Assembly (NCBI GenBank): GCA_951406725.2
Contig: OX597822.1
Coordinates: forward strand, 78,306,001-78,370,000
DNA length: 64,000 nt
DNA from: Octopus vulgaris
Taxonomy: Eukaryota
Direction: 5' to 3'
Shown here: positions 1 to 10,435 of the stretch, one piece after another
How positions within the stretch are numbered: the first letter of the stretch is position 1
Layout: every line of letters begins with the position of its first letter
Position numbers and translations under genes: made by a program
Notes under the pieces: model-generated
What the model was told of the DNA's origin: nothing
Database searches by the model: none
Seen by the model: the letters and a program-made list of their open reading frames with translations, nothing else

Positions 1-659
1 TATGTAACCTTCATCCACTTTCCATGTGGGCATGGGTTTGTTGGGTCTTCATGGTCCATGTGAATTGATGGCTACCCTGGTATATACAAGGCAGTTACAG
101 ATATGTTGCAAGGAACAAAGAAGGATCCAGGTCCTTGGAGTTCTATGATTCCAATAACCTAATTCATGAAACCGGTCAACCATCTAAACCTCTACCACTC
201 GGATGAACACCCTAGTCAGATAGCCTTCACATTCTCCAGAAAATGGAAATAATGTCTACTTGTGAATACTAAGTCTTTCCCAAGTGAAAAATGTACCATT
301 TAAGATTGACTAGTCATTAATTATATCAAAGTAAGTGCAGACAGACCGTCAGAGACAAAATAGCCTGAGGAGAGAAAATATGGAAGCTGATAACCACATG
401 TTAATTGAAAGAAATATTAGATGACATTGAGAAGATGGAGATTTATGACTTACAATAGAAAACAAATCACGCAGTGGGAGATCATCAGCTAAGACCACTG
501 AGAGGAATTGATTTCTACGGACAGACAAATCATAATTGGTGAACCTGCTGTACAACTGGATTTGTGATCGCAATGCATTACAGAAGATGGTGAAAGATGA
601 AAGCGTCTGCCAAATGGACACCTCATCAGTTAACAAGCTTGTCAAAAAAGGTGGTTAGT

Positions 660-1170
660 GATAAGAAGGCAAGAAAGGCTGCTGGACCCTCAAGAGATGA
701 TCACTGAAATACTATAAATACATGGCAAAGTAAAATATATTAGTCAATCAGGTAGTAGAGGAGTGTGTTGTCTCCATTGACTTTCGCATCATCAATTGAT
801 ACAAAAACAAAAGTGATGCTTTGGTAAAAGCAACTGCAGAGACATCAGATTGATAGACCAATATGGAAAGCAACAAACAGAAGTTTTCACTAATTAGGAA
901 GAGGGAGATAGAGCTTAAGTGAAATGTTGGCCAAGGTATTCCATTACCTTATTCCTGGTGAGACAACTACAAGAGATGTTATTAGCAAAAATCAGTCCAC
1001 TATACTTAGTATTCACTGACCTGGGAAAAAGTCTCTGACGGAGTTTCCCACTAAGTAAGTCGTGTGATGGCTAAGAAAACACTGCAGATGAATGTTTGTG
1101 AAAGCCAAGCAAATATTGTATCATGATACTGTCATCAGGGTGAGAGTGAGCCACAAGTTGAGTAAGGAAC
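660..1170 (+). pseudogene. Decayed RTE-clade LINE reverse-transcriptase fragment
   Basis: Manual translation gives KAAGPS (about 675-692) and FLVRQLQEMLLAKISPLYLVFTDLGK (about 952-1030), matching the RTE RT consensus GKAxGP and IFxxRQLQEKxxxxxxPLYxAFVDLEKAFD. Frameshifts and stops are present. Confidence 0.7.
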
Positions 1171-1171
1171 T

Positions 1172-1275
1172 TGGCATCCAGCTATAGAAACCATGTCGAA
1201 ACAGATAATGGAAGCTGATGCCATCTGCCAAACCATCCAACCCACGCCAACATGGAAAATGGATGTTGATGAGGA
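1172..1275 (+). mobile_element. Retroposon 3' tail (ccatccaacccacgccaacatggaaaatggatgtt); an inverted copy of the same tail lies at about 10-50
   Basis: The two copies in the window match in reverse complement. The tail directly follows the RTE RT remnant. Confidence 0.5.
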
Positions 1276-1314
1276 GAAGGAGGATGAAATGTATATATAT
1301 ATATATATATATAT

Positions 1315-1575
1315 AAATATATCCATATATACATACATATATGTACATACCTACATATATATGTATATATACATGCATATATGGGTACAGGACATCAAAA
1401 AAATTAACAAAAAGAGACACAAGAACAGAAAAAAACACAGAAAACAAATTTTTTGTCGAACAAAAGAAACAAATAGAGAAACGAGACAGGCAACATAAAG
1501 AACATTCCCTTCATCAGTTGTCCCTCGTTTTATCTACCCCGCATTTCGATGGTAGGGACAAGACGCAACTTCATA
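1315..1575 (-). mobile_element. Short non-coding interspersed element carrying a rearranged hammerhead motif (copy 1)
   Basis: Co-linear similarity with 26320-26600 (atatgtacatacctac...atatgggtacaggaca..aaaa...ttcccttc.tcagt). Confidence 0.7.
1506..1568 (-). ncRNA. Putative non-circularly permuted hammerhead ribozyme (copy 1)
   Basis: Minus strand reads UGCG-UC^-UUGUCCCU-ACCAUC-GAAA-UGCG-(14 nt)-AGGGACAA-CUGAUGA-AGGG. Stem I is 8 bp perfect, stem III is 5 bp with 2 G-U, stem II is weak. Confidence 0.65.
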
Positions 1576-3181
1576 TTATGTTGCACAGACAAATCTCACA
1601 ACTGTTTTGAGGTCCTAGAATGAGGTTGGGCTATGAATATTGTATGAGAGCTATCTGAGATTTGAAAAATTATTAAAATACTCCATGAAGCAAAAAAAGA
1701 TCATATTTTCAAAAAGTTAGTACGCAGTTTCAGATACCATAGAAAGTAGAAAACAATTTAATCTTTCATTGTTTCCCATTAAAATTTGTACATATTTGTT
1801 TCCACTTGTGGCACAAGGTCTGATAAATTTATATAGATAAAGTGCTCCACCAGTATCTGTGGCAATTGTGTCCCTCATTAAAAGAAATATATCTTCAAAG
1901 AGTTTGCACACACTTTTAAGAAATACCATAGAAAATAAAAGTACCACAGGGAAGTTTTCAGTTCCAGAGACACAAAGAAGGGACTATTTTTCAGTGTCCA
2001 GGGCACCACAAGGATTTTTTTTACCATAGTTGCAAATAGATAAATTAAAAGTTTTTTTTTGTTTTTTTTAATAAATTGAGATGTATAGAAAATTTGTAAT
2101 TTTTCTCATTTCCTCCATTCTAAGAAAATAAGTTACATAACTTATGGATACTTTTGTGTTGAATAAATAACCTTTAAATAACAAGCTAGATTTAATACTA
2201 ACTTAAAAGCCACACTCCATGTGAACCTTTAAACTAGCTCCTATAGAGGGCTAATAGGGCCTGTGGCCCAAAACTCAAGTGAACTAAACAGCATGACTAT
2301 AATACATCTACAATGACTCTATGCCCTGGTGGTGTTTGATCAGAAGTTAAGGATGGATGAGAAGTAATTCTGTAGTGCAGTCATTCTATTGTTCTAGTCC
2401 CAAGTTGAATTCCAATTGTTGGCCAATTTGTCCCGAAGTTCTTATCTCCACATAAAATTAACGAAGCGAATGTTATTTATCTCCCTTTTGATCATTGACG
2501 TCCTCTGACAAGATGGCGTGGATCAGCCAAGCTTTATCTGTTAGAAATAGCAACCCAAATGCTTTTAGGTGAGATCCCAATGCTGGGTGTGCAAGGACCA
2601 AATGAAGGGCAGATTTTCAATCCTGGGATTATCGTGATTCCAAAAAGGTATACTATGTCTACGTAGAGCAAATGTAGGCTGAGATACAGGGGTCCCAGAC
2701 AGACTGACGGAATTTCGCTTTTATTATTATAGATAGTTGTGGGAGATTGATCTGAGGGATGGCATAGAAGAAAACTGAACATTTAATCTATTATTTCACA
2801 TTTGGCATTTATTATGTCTTAAAAGAAAGCAACGAGCAAAGCAGAGTCATTAACACGTCAGACAACATGTTTAGTGGTAGTTCGTTGGTCTGTACGCTCT
2901 GGGTTCAAATGCCGCCGAGGTCGACTTTGCCTTTCATTTTTTCGGGGTCGATAAAATAGCCACCAGCCGATCACTGGTATCGATCGACTCAACTAGCTAC
3001 CTCTCCTACAATTTTCGGGCCTTAGTGCGTTGTTGCTTAAACAATGGAAAGGTAGAGAGGGGAACCCTTATTAGGATGTGATAAGGGCTAAAGTTGACCT
3101 GAATCCAGCCCCACATATACACACACACTCATACAAACAGCCATACATATGCAAATGCATGTAGATACATTGTCGTCATCG

Positions 3182-3549
3182 TGGCACCCCGTCGGTTACG
3201 ACGACGAGCGTTCCAGTTGATCCGATCAACAGAACAGCCTGCTCGTGAAATTAACGTGCAAGTGGCTGAGCACTCCACAGACACGTGAACCTTTAACGTA
3301 GTTCTTGGGGAGATTCAGCGTGACACAGAGAGTGACAAGGCTGGCCCTTTGAAATACAGGTACAACAGAAACAGGAAGAAAGAGTGAGAGAATGATGCGG
3401 TGAAAGAATACAGCAAGGTTCACCACCACCCCATCCCGGAGCCTCGTGGAGCTTTAGGTGTTTTCGCTCGATAAACACTCACAACGCCCGGTCTGGGAAT
3501 CGAAACCGCGATCCTACAAACGCGAGTCCACTGGACCATTGCGCCTCCA
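3182..3549 (-). mobile_element. tRNA-derived SINE, family C
   Basis: tRNA-like head with B box (gtttcgattccc) on the minus strand; tail gatcaactggaac.ctcgtcgtcgtaaccgacgg shared with 31421-31794 and 60742-61098. Confidence 0.85.
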
Positions 3550-4539
3550 CTACACACACATACATATACATACACACACAAGGACACTCACTCAATCACA
3601 CACACATATGCGCATACACGCCATGAGAGAATGGGAGAAGAGGCTAACCATAGAACCTGGTTGAGCAGCCAATGATTGTAAAAACTAATTAATATCAAGA
3701 ACGCCATCTTTATCAAGTGGAAATACTTAGCTGAGTTGACCAAAGTTATGAAGGCGAAAGCTTTTAACCAATCAGATTTAAGGTCAGTTCCACCCACCAA
3801 CCCCCACTCCTACTTTATCTATCTGCTATGCGAGAGTTGAACTTGAATTTTCATTAGATTATCAGGGTCAAGTGCTTCACCACCACCACCATTACTATCG
3901 CCATCATAGTCGCCGTCGTTTTCAGAATCACAATCATCACCAACATCATAATCGTTATCATTAGTATCATCATTATCACCACCACCGCATCGTCACTACC
4001 ACTGCATCATCATCATCATCACCATCGTCAACCATCCCTGCTACTATCATCGTTATCATCATCATCATCATCATTATCATCACCACCATCAGTTGAATAG
4101 AGGTTCTAAGTGGCTGCTCATCATCATCATTATTCAACCGTGGTCGAGACAATGGAATTTACCATGCTACGCCAGACTTCACGGTCCATCATGGCATTAC
4201 GTAGGTCCTGTTGCTGGATACCTGTATCCCTGGAGATTACATCAGGGTAGGAGAGTGTGCGTCGCTCAACCTACTAGAAATATCAATCAGATTTCTTTCA
4301 AATCACACCCATAAAAATCTTGAAAAGGGAAGGCCACGTGAGATGATGTAGTCCTAAACACACATTGCCTGAAAAGAGGACAGGATGGTCATAACTATCA
4401 TAGAAAGTCTTTGATCATAGGTCTACACAATCAGGGCTGACCTGGGGTTAAACAATCACAATTTAATCTCCGTTTCTTTCCTTTGTATGAGTAGATTGGA
4501 TGAAATTGGCAAATACATAAAGTTATGCGACCCAATCAG

Positions 4540-5755
4540 CACAGGATTAACCATTAAGCAAAATAAGCACGTGCTTGGGCATGAAGGGAAGCGGGGTACC
4601 AGAGAAATGGTAAATGGTTTACAGCGAAAAACAAATCAAAGTTTTTAAACTTGCTAAAATAGTATTCAGGATGCTTAAGGGGGCGAGCTGGCTGAAACGT
4701 TAAGCACGCCGGGCGAAATGCTTAGCGGTATTTCGTCTGCCGTTACGTTCTGAGTTCAAATTCCGCCGAGGTCGACTTCGCCTTTCATCCTTTCGGGGTC
4801 TATAAATTAAGTACCAGTTACGCACTGGGATCGATGTAATCGACTTAATCCGTTTGTCTGTCCTTGTTTGTCCTCTCTCTGTTTAGCCCCTTGAGGGTAG
4901 TAAAGAAATAGGTATTTCGTCTGTCTTTAAGTTCTGAGTTCAAATTCCGCCGAGGTCGACTTTGCCTTTCATCCTTTCGGGGTCGATAAATAAGTACCAG
5001 TTGCGTACTGGGGTTGATCTAATTGACTGGCCCTCTCACCCCAAAATTTCGGACCGTGTGCCTAGAGTAGAAAACAATATAGCTGCTATCTAAGGCAGCG
5101 AGCTGGCAGAAACGTTAGCACACCAGGCAAAATGCTTAGCGGTATTTCGTCTGCCGCTACGTTCTGAGTTCAAATGGAGCCGAGGTCGACTTTGCCTTTC
5201 ATCCTTTCGGGATCGATATAATCCGTTTGTCTGTCCTTGTTTGTCCCCTCTGTGCTTAGCCCCTTGTGGGTAGTAAAGAAATAAGTATTTCGTCTGTCTT
5301 TTCATTCTGAGTTCATATTCCGCCGAGGTCGACTTTGCCTTTCATCCTTTCGAAGTCGATAAATTAAGTACCAGTTGCGTACAGGGGTTGATCTAATCGA
5401 CTGGTCCCCTCCCCAAAAAATTTCGGGCCTTGTGCCTAGAGTAGAAAAGAATATTCGGGATGCCTTATCTCTACAAAGTATAGAAGCAGATGTTTTACAT
5501 AAGATTAATTTTGAGGATCTGATCAAAAACTTTGCAATTAGAAAAAGTAAGAGAAAACTTTTCAAATATAAATCAAGTGGAAGTATACATAAATAAACGT
5601 TATTTTCCATCTTGCTGTTTCGTTTCATTTTATCTATTTCACGGTTTATTATCGTTTGTATTTTGAACTACATATATATGGGGCACCAAAATTTTTAAGT
5701 GCTTAGGGACTCAAAAATTTTGGTGCTTAGGGACTCTGTGGGTCTTGACCCGGTT
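4540..5755 (+). mobile_element. Non-autonomous hAT-derived element interrupted by a SINE multimer
   Basis: 5460-5565 translates LSLQSIEADVLHKINFEDLIKNFAIRKSKRKLF, resembling the C-terminal dimerisation region of hAT transposases. Degenerate terminal sequences ggattaacc... / ...gggtcttgacccgg. Confidence 0.5.
4680..5450 (+). mobile_element. Multimeric tRNA-derived SINE family B insertion (four core units)
   Basis: Repeated ttctgagttcaaattccgccgaggtcgactttgcctttcatcctttcggggtcgataaa core; probable TSD tattcaggatgc / tattcgggatgc. Confidence 0.9.
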
Positions 5756-6020
5756 ATCACCGCAGTCTTAAGACATTGGCAAACTGGACAGTTGCCGGGG
5801 ACCCCACAGTTCTATATAAAGGGTCCAGTGCATTGACTTACACAAAGGCTTCTAATGCTGTTAAGATGGCTCAGCTGATAATCATTAATTTTGTGGTGCG
5901 GTGGAAGGTTCCAACACTGGCCAATAAAATTCAACTCCCGTCTTGTGCCGGAAATGAAACCAGTCAATAATCGGTAATTTCGGGTGGATGATTACAAAAA
6001 ATTGCACTCTTTTCTTCAAG

Positions 6021-6420
6021 AGGCACATGTATATCAGTGTGGTTAAGAAGCCCCGTAACCATGTGGTACCGAGGTTCAGTCTCACTGCACGGCACCTTGG
6101 ACAAGTGTTTTCTACAATAGACATGGGCCTATCCATGCCTTGACAGTGGACTTAATGGGTAGAAACTGTGTGGAAGCCTGCCGTGTGTATGTATGAATGT
6201 ATGTATACATGCATATGTGTTTGCGCTTGTCTTTTGTCCCCCACCATCGCTTGATAAAACGTGTTGGTTTGTTTGCGTCCTCATAATTTAGTGGTTCATT
6301 CAAAGAAATCGTTAGAATAAGTGTCAGAGTTTTAAAGAAAAAGTATGTTCGACCATACACTTCAAGGCGGTACTCCAGCATGGTCGCAATCCAATGAGCG
6401 AAACAAGTGAAAGATAAAAG
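6021..6420 (+). mobile_element. tRNA-derived SINE family A (diverged)
   Basis: Head, internal microsatellite and ccagcatgg...gaaacaagt tail as in other copies. Confidence 0.8.
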
Positions 6421-6729
6421 AAAATAAGAAGCAAGACTCTACGCAAATATTTATAAGGAGGACACATGATGGATGAAATAATATAATAAATCACCGCACA
6501 AAATCAGTTTGGGTAACATTTATCTCTCTTGATTTTGTTCATGTTTTTCTTTTGCAAAACATGAGGGCAGGGGTCTATAAAACGCCATCCAGAGAAAGGG
6601 GCCGCTGAGCTACACGAGTTTGAGAACCAGTAATTCATCAACAAAATAGAAACTGTTTGTTCTATCGGTAGACGAACATGTTAATTCCTCTCCATTTTTT
6701 AGGCTAATTAACGAAAATTATATTAAGTA

Positions 6730-7119
6730 GGCGTGGCTGTGTGGTAAGAAGCTTGCTTCCCAACCACGTATCCACTGCGTGGCACCTTGGGCAAGTATCT
6801 TCTTCTATAGCCCCAGTCCAACCAAAGCCTAGTGAGTGAATTTGGTAGACGGAAACCGAAAGAAGCCCGTCGTATATATTTATGTGTGTGTATGTGTGCG
6901 CGCGTGTGCGTGTGTTTGTTCCCCCACCCCACCGCCATCGCTTGACAACTGATGCTGATGTGTTAATGTCCCCCACAACTTAGCGGTCCTGCAAAAAGAA
7001 CAATAGAATAAGTACTAGGCTTACAAAGAATAAGTCCTGGGGTCGATTTCTTCGACTAAAACCCTTTCAGGCGGTGCTCCAGCATGGCCGCTGTCAAATG
7101 GCTGAAACAAGTAAAGGAG
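6730..7119 (+). mobile_element. SINE family A
   Basis: gtggctgtgtggtaagaagcttgcttcccaacc head and gaaacaagtaaa tail. Confidence 0.85.
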
Positions 7120-7324
7120 TAGCAGAACACCGCCTGGAAAGAGGTATTTCTGCCAGTAGTACGTAAAAGTCTTTTCTACAAGATGTACAAGGGCTGAAAT
7201 TTTGAGTGAGAGAGAAGTCAATCACATTGACTCCTGTGTTCAACCTACGCTTGTTTTATCGATCCCCGAAAGGAGAAAAGGTAAAGCCAGTTCTGGAATT
7301 ATTTCTATACAAAACAAAAAGAAA

Positions 7325-7710
7325 TACACATTATTTACATTTGACAGATATTTGTCTTCATCATGTTTGTTGTTAACACAACGTTTCGGATGATATACCC
7401 TCCAGCCTTCTTCAGGTGTCTTGGAAAAATTTCGAACCTGGATTTTCATTCCTACGGTATTTTTTCGATGTTGTTGTTGTTGTTGTTGTTCTTGTTCTTG
7501 TTGTTCAGGTCACTGCTTGGAATCGAATTCGGAATCTTGGGGTTAGTAGCCCGCACTCTTAAACACTACGCCATATGCCCGTAGGAATGAGAATCCAGGT
7601 TCAAAATTTCCCCAAGACACGTGAAGAAGGCTGGAGAGTATATCAGCCGAAACGTTATGTTAACAACAAACAAGATGAGGACAAATATCCGTCGAATGTA
7701 AATAACGTAC
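7325..7710 (-). mobile_element. tRNA-headed element with inverted ~130-bp hammerhead-bearing arms (Penelope-like pLTR-type arrangement)
   Basis: Arms 7325-7457 and 7579-7710 are reverse complements. The centre (7505-7579) on the minus strand is tRNA-like (tggcgtagtg A box, ttcgattcc B box) and is followed by an (aac)n tract. Confidence 0.75.
7375..7420 (-). ncRNA. Minimal type I hammerhead ribozyme, intact core
   Basis: GACAC-CUGAAGA-A-GGCUG..CAUCC-GAAA-CG-UU^-GUGUU, with palindromic ACGU stem III. The + strand copy at 7616-7661 has C3->G. Confidence 0.7.
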
Positions 7711-7869
7711 AGAATTCTTCATCTCTTAAATATACAACTGTATTAAAAAGAAATACAGTTAATTACTTTTCTCAGCCATGCTAACGATCCCGCCAGCTCA
7801 CCACCTGAAAAAATACTAACAATTTTCATTGAGAACAGTCAAACAGATTATAACGAACTTAAAAAGTGA

Positions 7870-8074
7870 CAAGCAGAATTATAGGATTTCTCATTACTTA
7901 CAACACCGAATTCCCGAACATAGATGGTCCGGAGCCCGCCAAGCGGAATTCTAGGGTTTTTCATTACGGGTACAACACCGAATTCCTGAACATAGATGGC
8001 CCGGAATCTGTCAAGCAGAAATATAGGAATTTTCATTACGGGTACAACACCGAATTTCCGAACATAGATGGTCC
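7870..8074. repeat. 72-bp minisatellite, about 3 copies
   Basis: tacaacaccgaattc recurs at 7899, 7971 and 8043. Confidence 0.9.
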
Positions 8075-8542
8075 AATAACTCACTTAATAACTTAAGTAA
8101 ATTTAATACTTTAGTATACGTTAGCCAAGGTGACCACCCCTGGTTCAAAATTACCAGTAATTCGGAGAGGTTTGGGGAGCAAAGATTCCGGAAAATCAAT
8201 GTGGTATCTGTATTGTATAAAGTTTTGGATATAAAATATTAGATCTTGTTTTAGTATCTCCAAAATCTTTAGGAATACAAGAAATATCACAAACGGCCAT
8301 CATTTATTTTGTTGTTGTTTCGGTCGCTGGACAGCGGCCATGCTTGAGCACCACCTTGAAGGGCTTTAGTTGACCAAATCGACTCCAGTATCTATTTATT
8401 TCATAACTGTTCCTTCGGTCTTTACCACCTTTTAACATACATCTTCCACCTTCCACCTTTCACATCTACTTCCTCCTCACCTTTTCTTGTTTATTCCGTC
8501 ATTCTATAATCCTGTTTTTAGCTTGTTATGCCATGTGGGCAC

Positions 8543-8624
8543 AGCCTGAGGATTGCGTGAAGACACCAGACGTGTTACAAAATGCTGTCTAAGCTGTTTT
8601 CATCGCATGAAACTAATAGTAGCT
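8543..8624 (+). ncRNA. Type I hammerhead-like motif with long stem II
   Basis: AGC-CUGAGGA-U-UGCGUGAAGACA...UGUUUUCAUCGCA-U-GAAA-CUAAUAG-UA^-GCU. Confidence 0.6.
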
Positions 8625-8737
8625 CATAAAAATATATGCTGTGTTTATCAAATAATATTTATTTCTCACCAGATAGAGTACTTTTTTTTGCTAATTTTAC
8701 CATCACGGAACAGTACACTATATCGCACACGCTACCA

Positions 8738-8768
<31 letters not shown>

Positions 8769-8929
8769 TACCATATATACACAAGTTTACACACACACAT
8801 ACCGACCATCCTCTCACTTTCCTGTCCCAGAAACCACTTTCTCTTTCACCTTCTACTTCCGGTCCAGTCAGTGCACGTGGACTGTTGGCGATTTTTTATT
8901 ATTTCTCTTTCTTTCTCTTTGGCCTTTCC

Positions 8930-8965
8930 TCTTTCCGACGAAGAGCTATGCTCGAAACGTTAACA
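8930..8965 (+). ncRNA. Degenerate minimal hammerhead motif
   Basis: CCGACGA-A-GAGC-UAU-GCUC-GAAA-CG-UU; U4->C and weak stem I; related to the copies at 27734 and 47381. Confidence 0.45.
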
Positions 8966-9073
8966 ACTCACTTCACCGATCGTCGAATTAATATAGTTCT
9001 TCTGCACATCTTCACGTTCGTTTTTTTCTTCTTTTTTCTGTTTTTAATTGTTTGTTTATTAATACATACGTAG

Positions 9074-9397
9074 GAGCACTCCGCCGGTTACGACGACGAG
9101 GGTCCAAGCTGATCCGATCAATGGAACAGCTTGCTCGTGAAATTAACGTGCAGGTGGCTGATCACTCCACAGACACGTGAACCCTTAATGTAGTTCTCAG
9201 GGAGATTCAGCGTGACACAGAGTGTGACAAGGCTGGTCCTTCGAAATACAGGTACTACTCATTTTTGCCAGCTGAGTGGACTGGAGCAACTTGAAATAAA
9301 GTGTCTTGCTCAAGGACACAACGCGTTGCTGGGAATTGAACTCACGACCTAACGATCGTGAGCCGAATGCCCTAACCACTAAACCATGCATCTTCAC
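9074..9397 (-). mobile_element. tRNA-derived SINE with a CORE-like body and family C tail
   Basis: Minus-strand tRNA-like head, gtgtccttgagcaagacactt...ctccagtccactcagctg body, and shared C tail. A similar copy lies at 15992-16304. Confidence 0.8.
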
Positions 9398-9418
9398 TAC
9401 ATACATACATACATAAAT

Positions 9419-9730
9419 ACATGGTGGTTGTCTACTCTTTATGCATAGACTGACCACCTCTTGTGCTTACACCTTAGACCCATCATAGCGTCTGATGTGG
9501 TTTTTTAAACCAGACAATGTACTGAAAAGACACCCACATAGATTGCATATCTGATTTGGACGACCAAGAGCTGCAGATAAGTTCTGATCTTTGTGGATCT
9601 TAAAATGTCTTTTGAGACCTCCATTACATTTGCAGACCTTCTGGCATACATGACATTGAAAGGTGTGCACAGATATATATATATATACGCAGAGTAGTTG
9701 GTGGAGGTTCGTTTTCCATGGGCTTTTAAT
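9419..9730 (-). pseudogene. 3' end of a LINE (probably RTE) encoding C-terminal C2H2 zinc fingers
   Basis: FQCHVCQKVCKCNGGLKRHFKIH and CNLCGCLFSTLSGLKNHIRRY, followed by a stop, a very short 3' UTR ending caaccaccatg, and a (TATG)n tail. Confidence 0.6.
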
Positions 9731-9782
9731 ACATACATACAAACATACATACGTACGTACGTACATACATACATACATACAT

Positions 9783-9822
<40 letters not shown>

Positions 9823-9923
9823 ACATACATACATACATACATACATACATACATACATACACACACACACATACATACATACATACATACATACATACAT
9901 ACATACATACATACATACATACA

Positions 9924-9954
<31 letters not shown>

Positions 9955-10221
9955 TGTGTAACCGAGTATCTTCATTTTAGTAAGACACTTATCTCTATCT
10001 CTGTTTTGTACTTTTAACTTAATCCGACAGGATAATTACTAGACTTAAAATTAAATGCTGCAATGAATCTGTTGGTTTTAGCCTTTCATTGAGGTATCCC
10101 AGCATGGCCGCAGATCAACGACCGAAACAAGTAAAAGATGGGGAAAAAAAATAGAAGCTACAATATTATCAAACCATTTTGTGCATTTAAATTTTGACGA
10201 CTGGAACGTAGAAATATGATT

Positions 10222-10435
10222 GAAGAAGAAGAAGAAGAAGAAGAAGAAGAAGAAGAAGAAGAAGAAGAAGAAGAAGAAGAAGAAGAAGAAGAAGAAGAAG
10301 AAGAAGAAGAAGAAGAAGAAGAAGAAGAAGAAGAAGAAGAAGAAGAAGAAGAAGAAGAAGAAGAAGAAGAAGAAGAAGAAGAAGAAGAAGAAGAAGAAGA
10401 AGAAGAAGAAGAAGAAGAAGAAGAAGAAGAAGAAG
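10222..10435. repeat. Pure (GAA)n tract, about 70 units
   Basis: Direct reading. Confidence 0.98.

Noticed and set aside
7505-7579. Functional tRNA gene
   Set aside because: No acceptor-stem pairing and a degenerate B box. It is a SINE-type head, as are all tRNA-like sequences seen.
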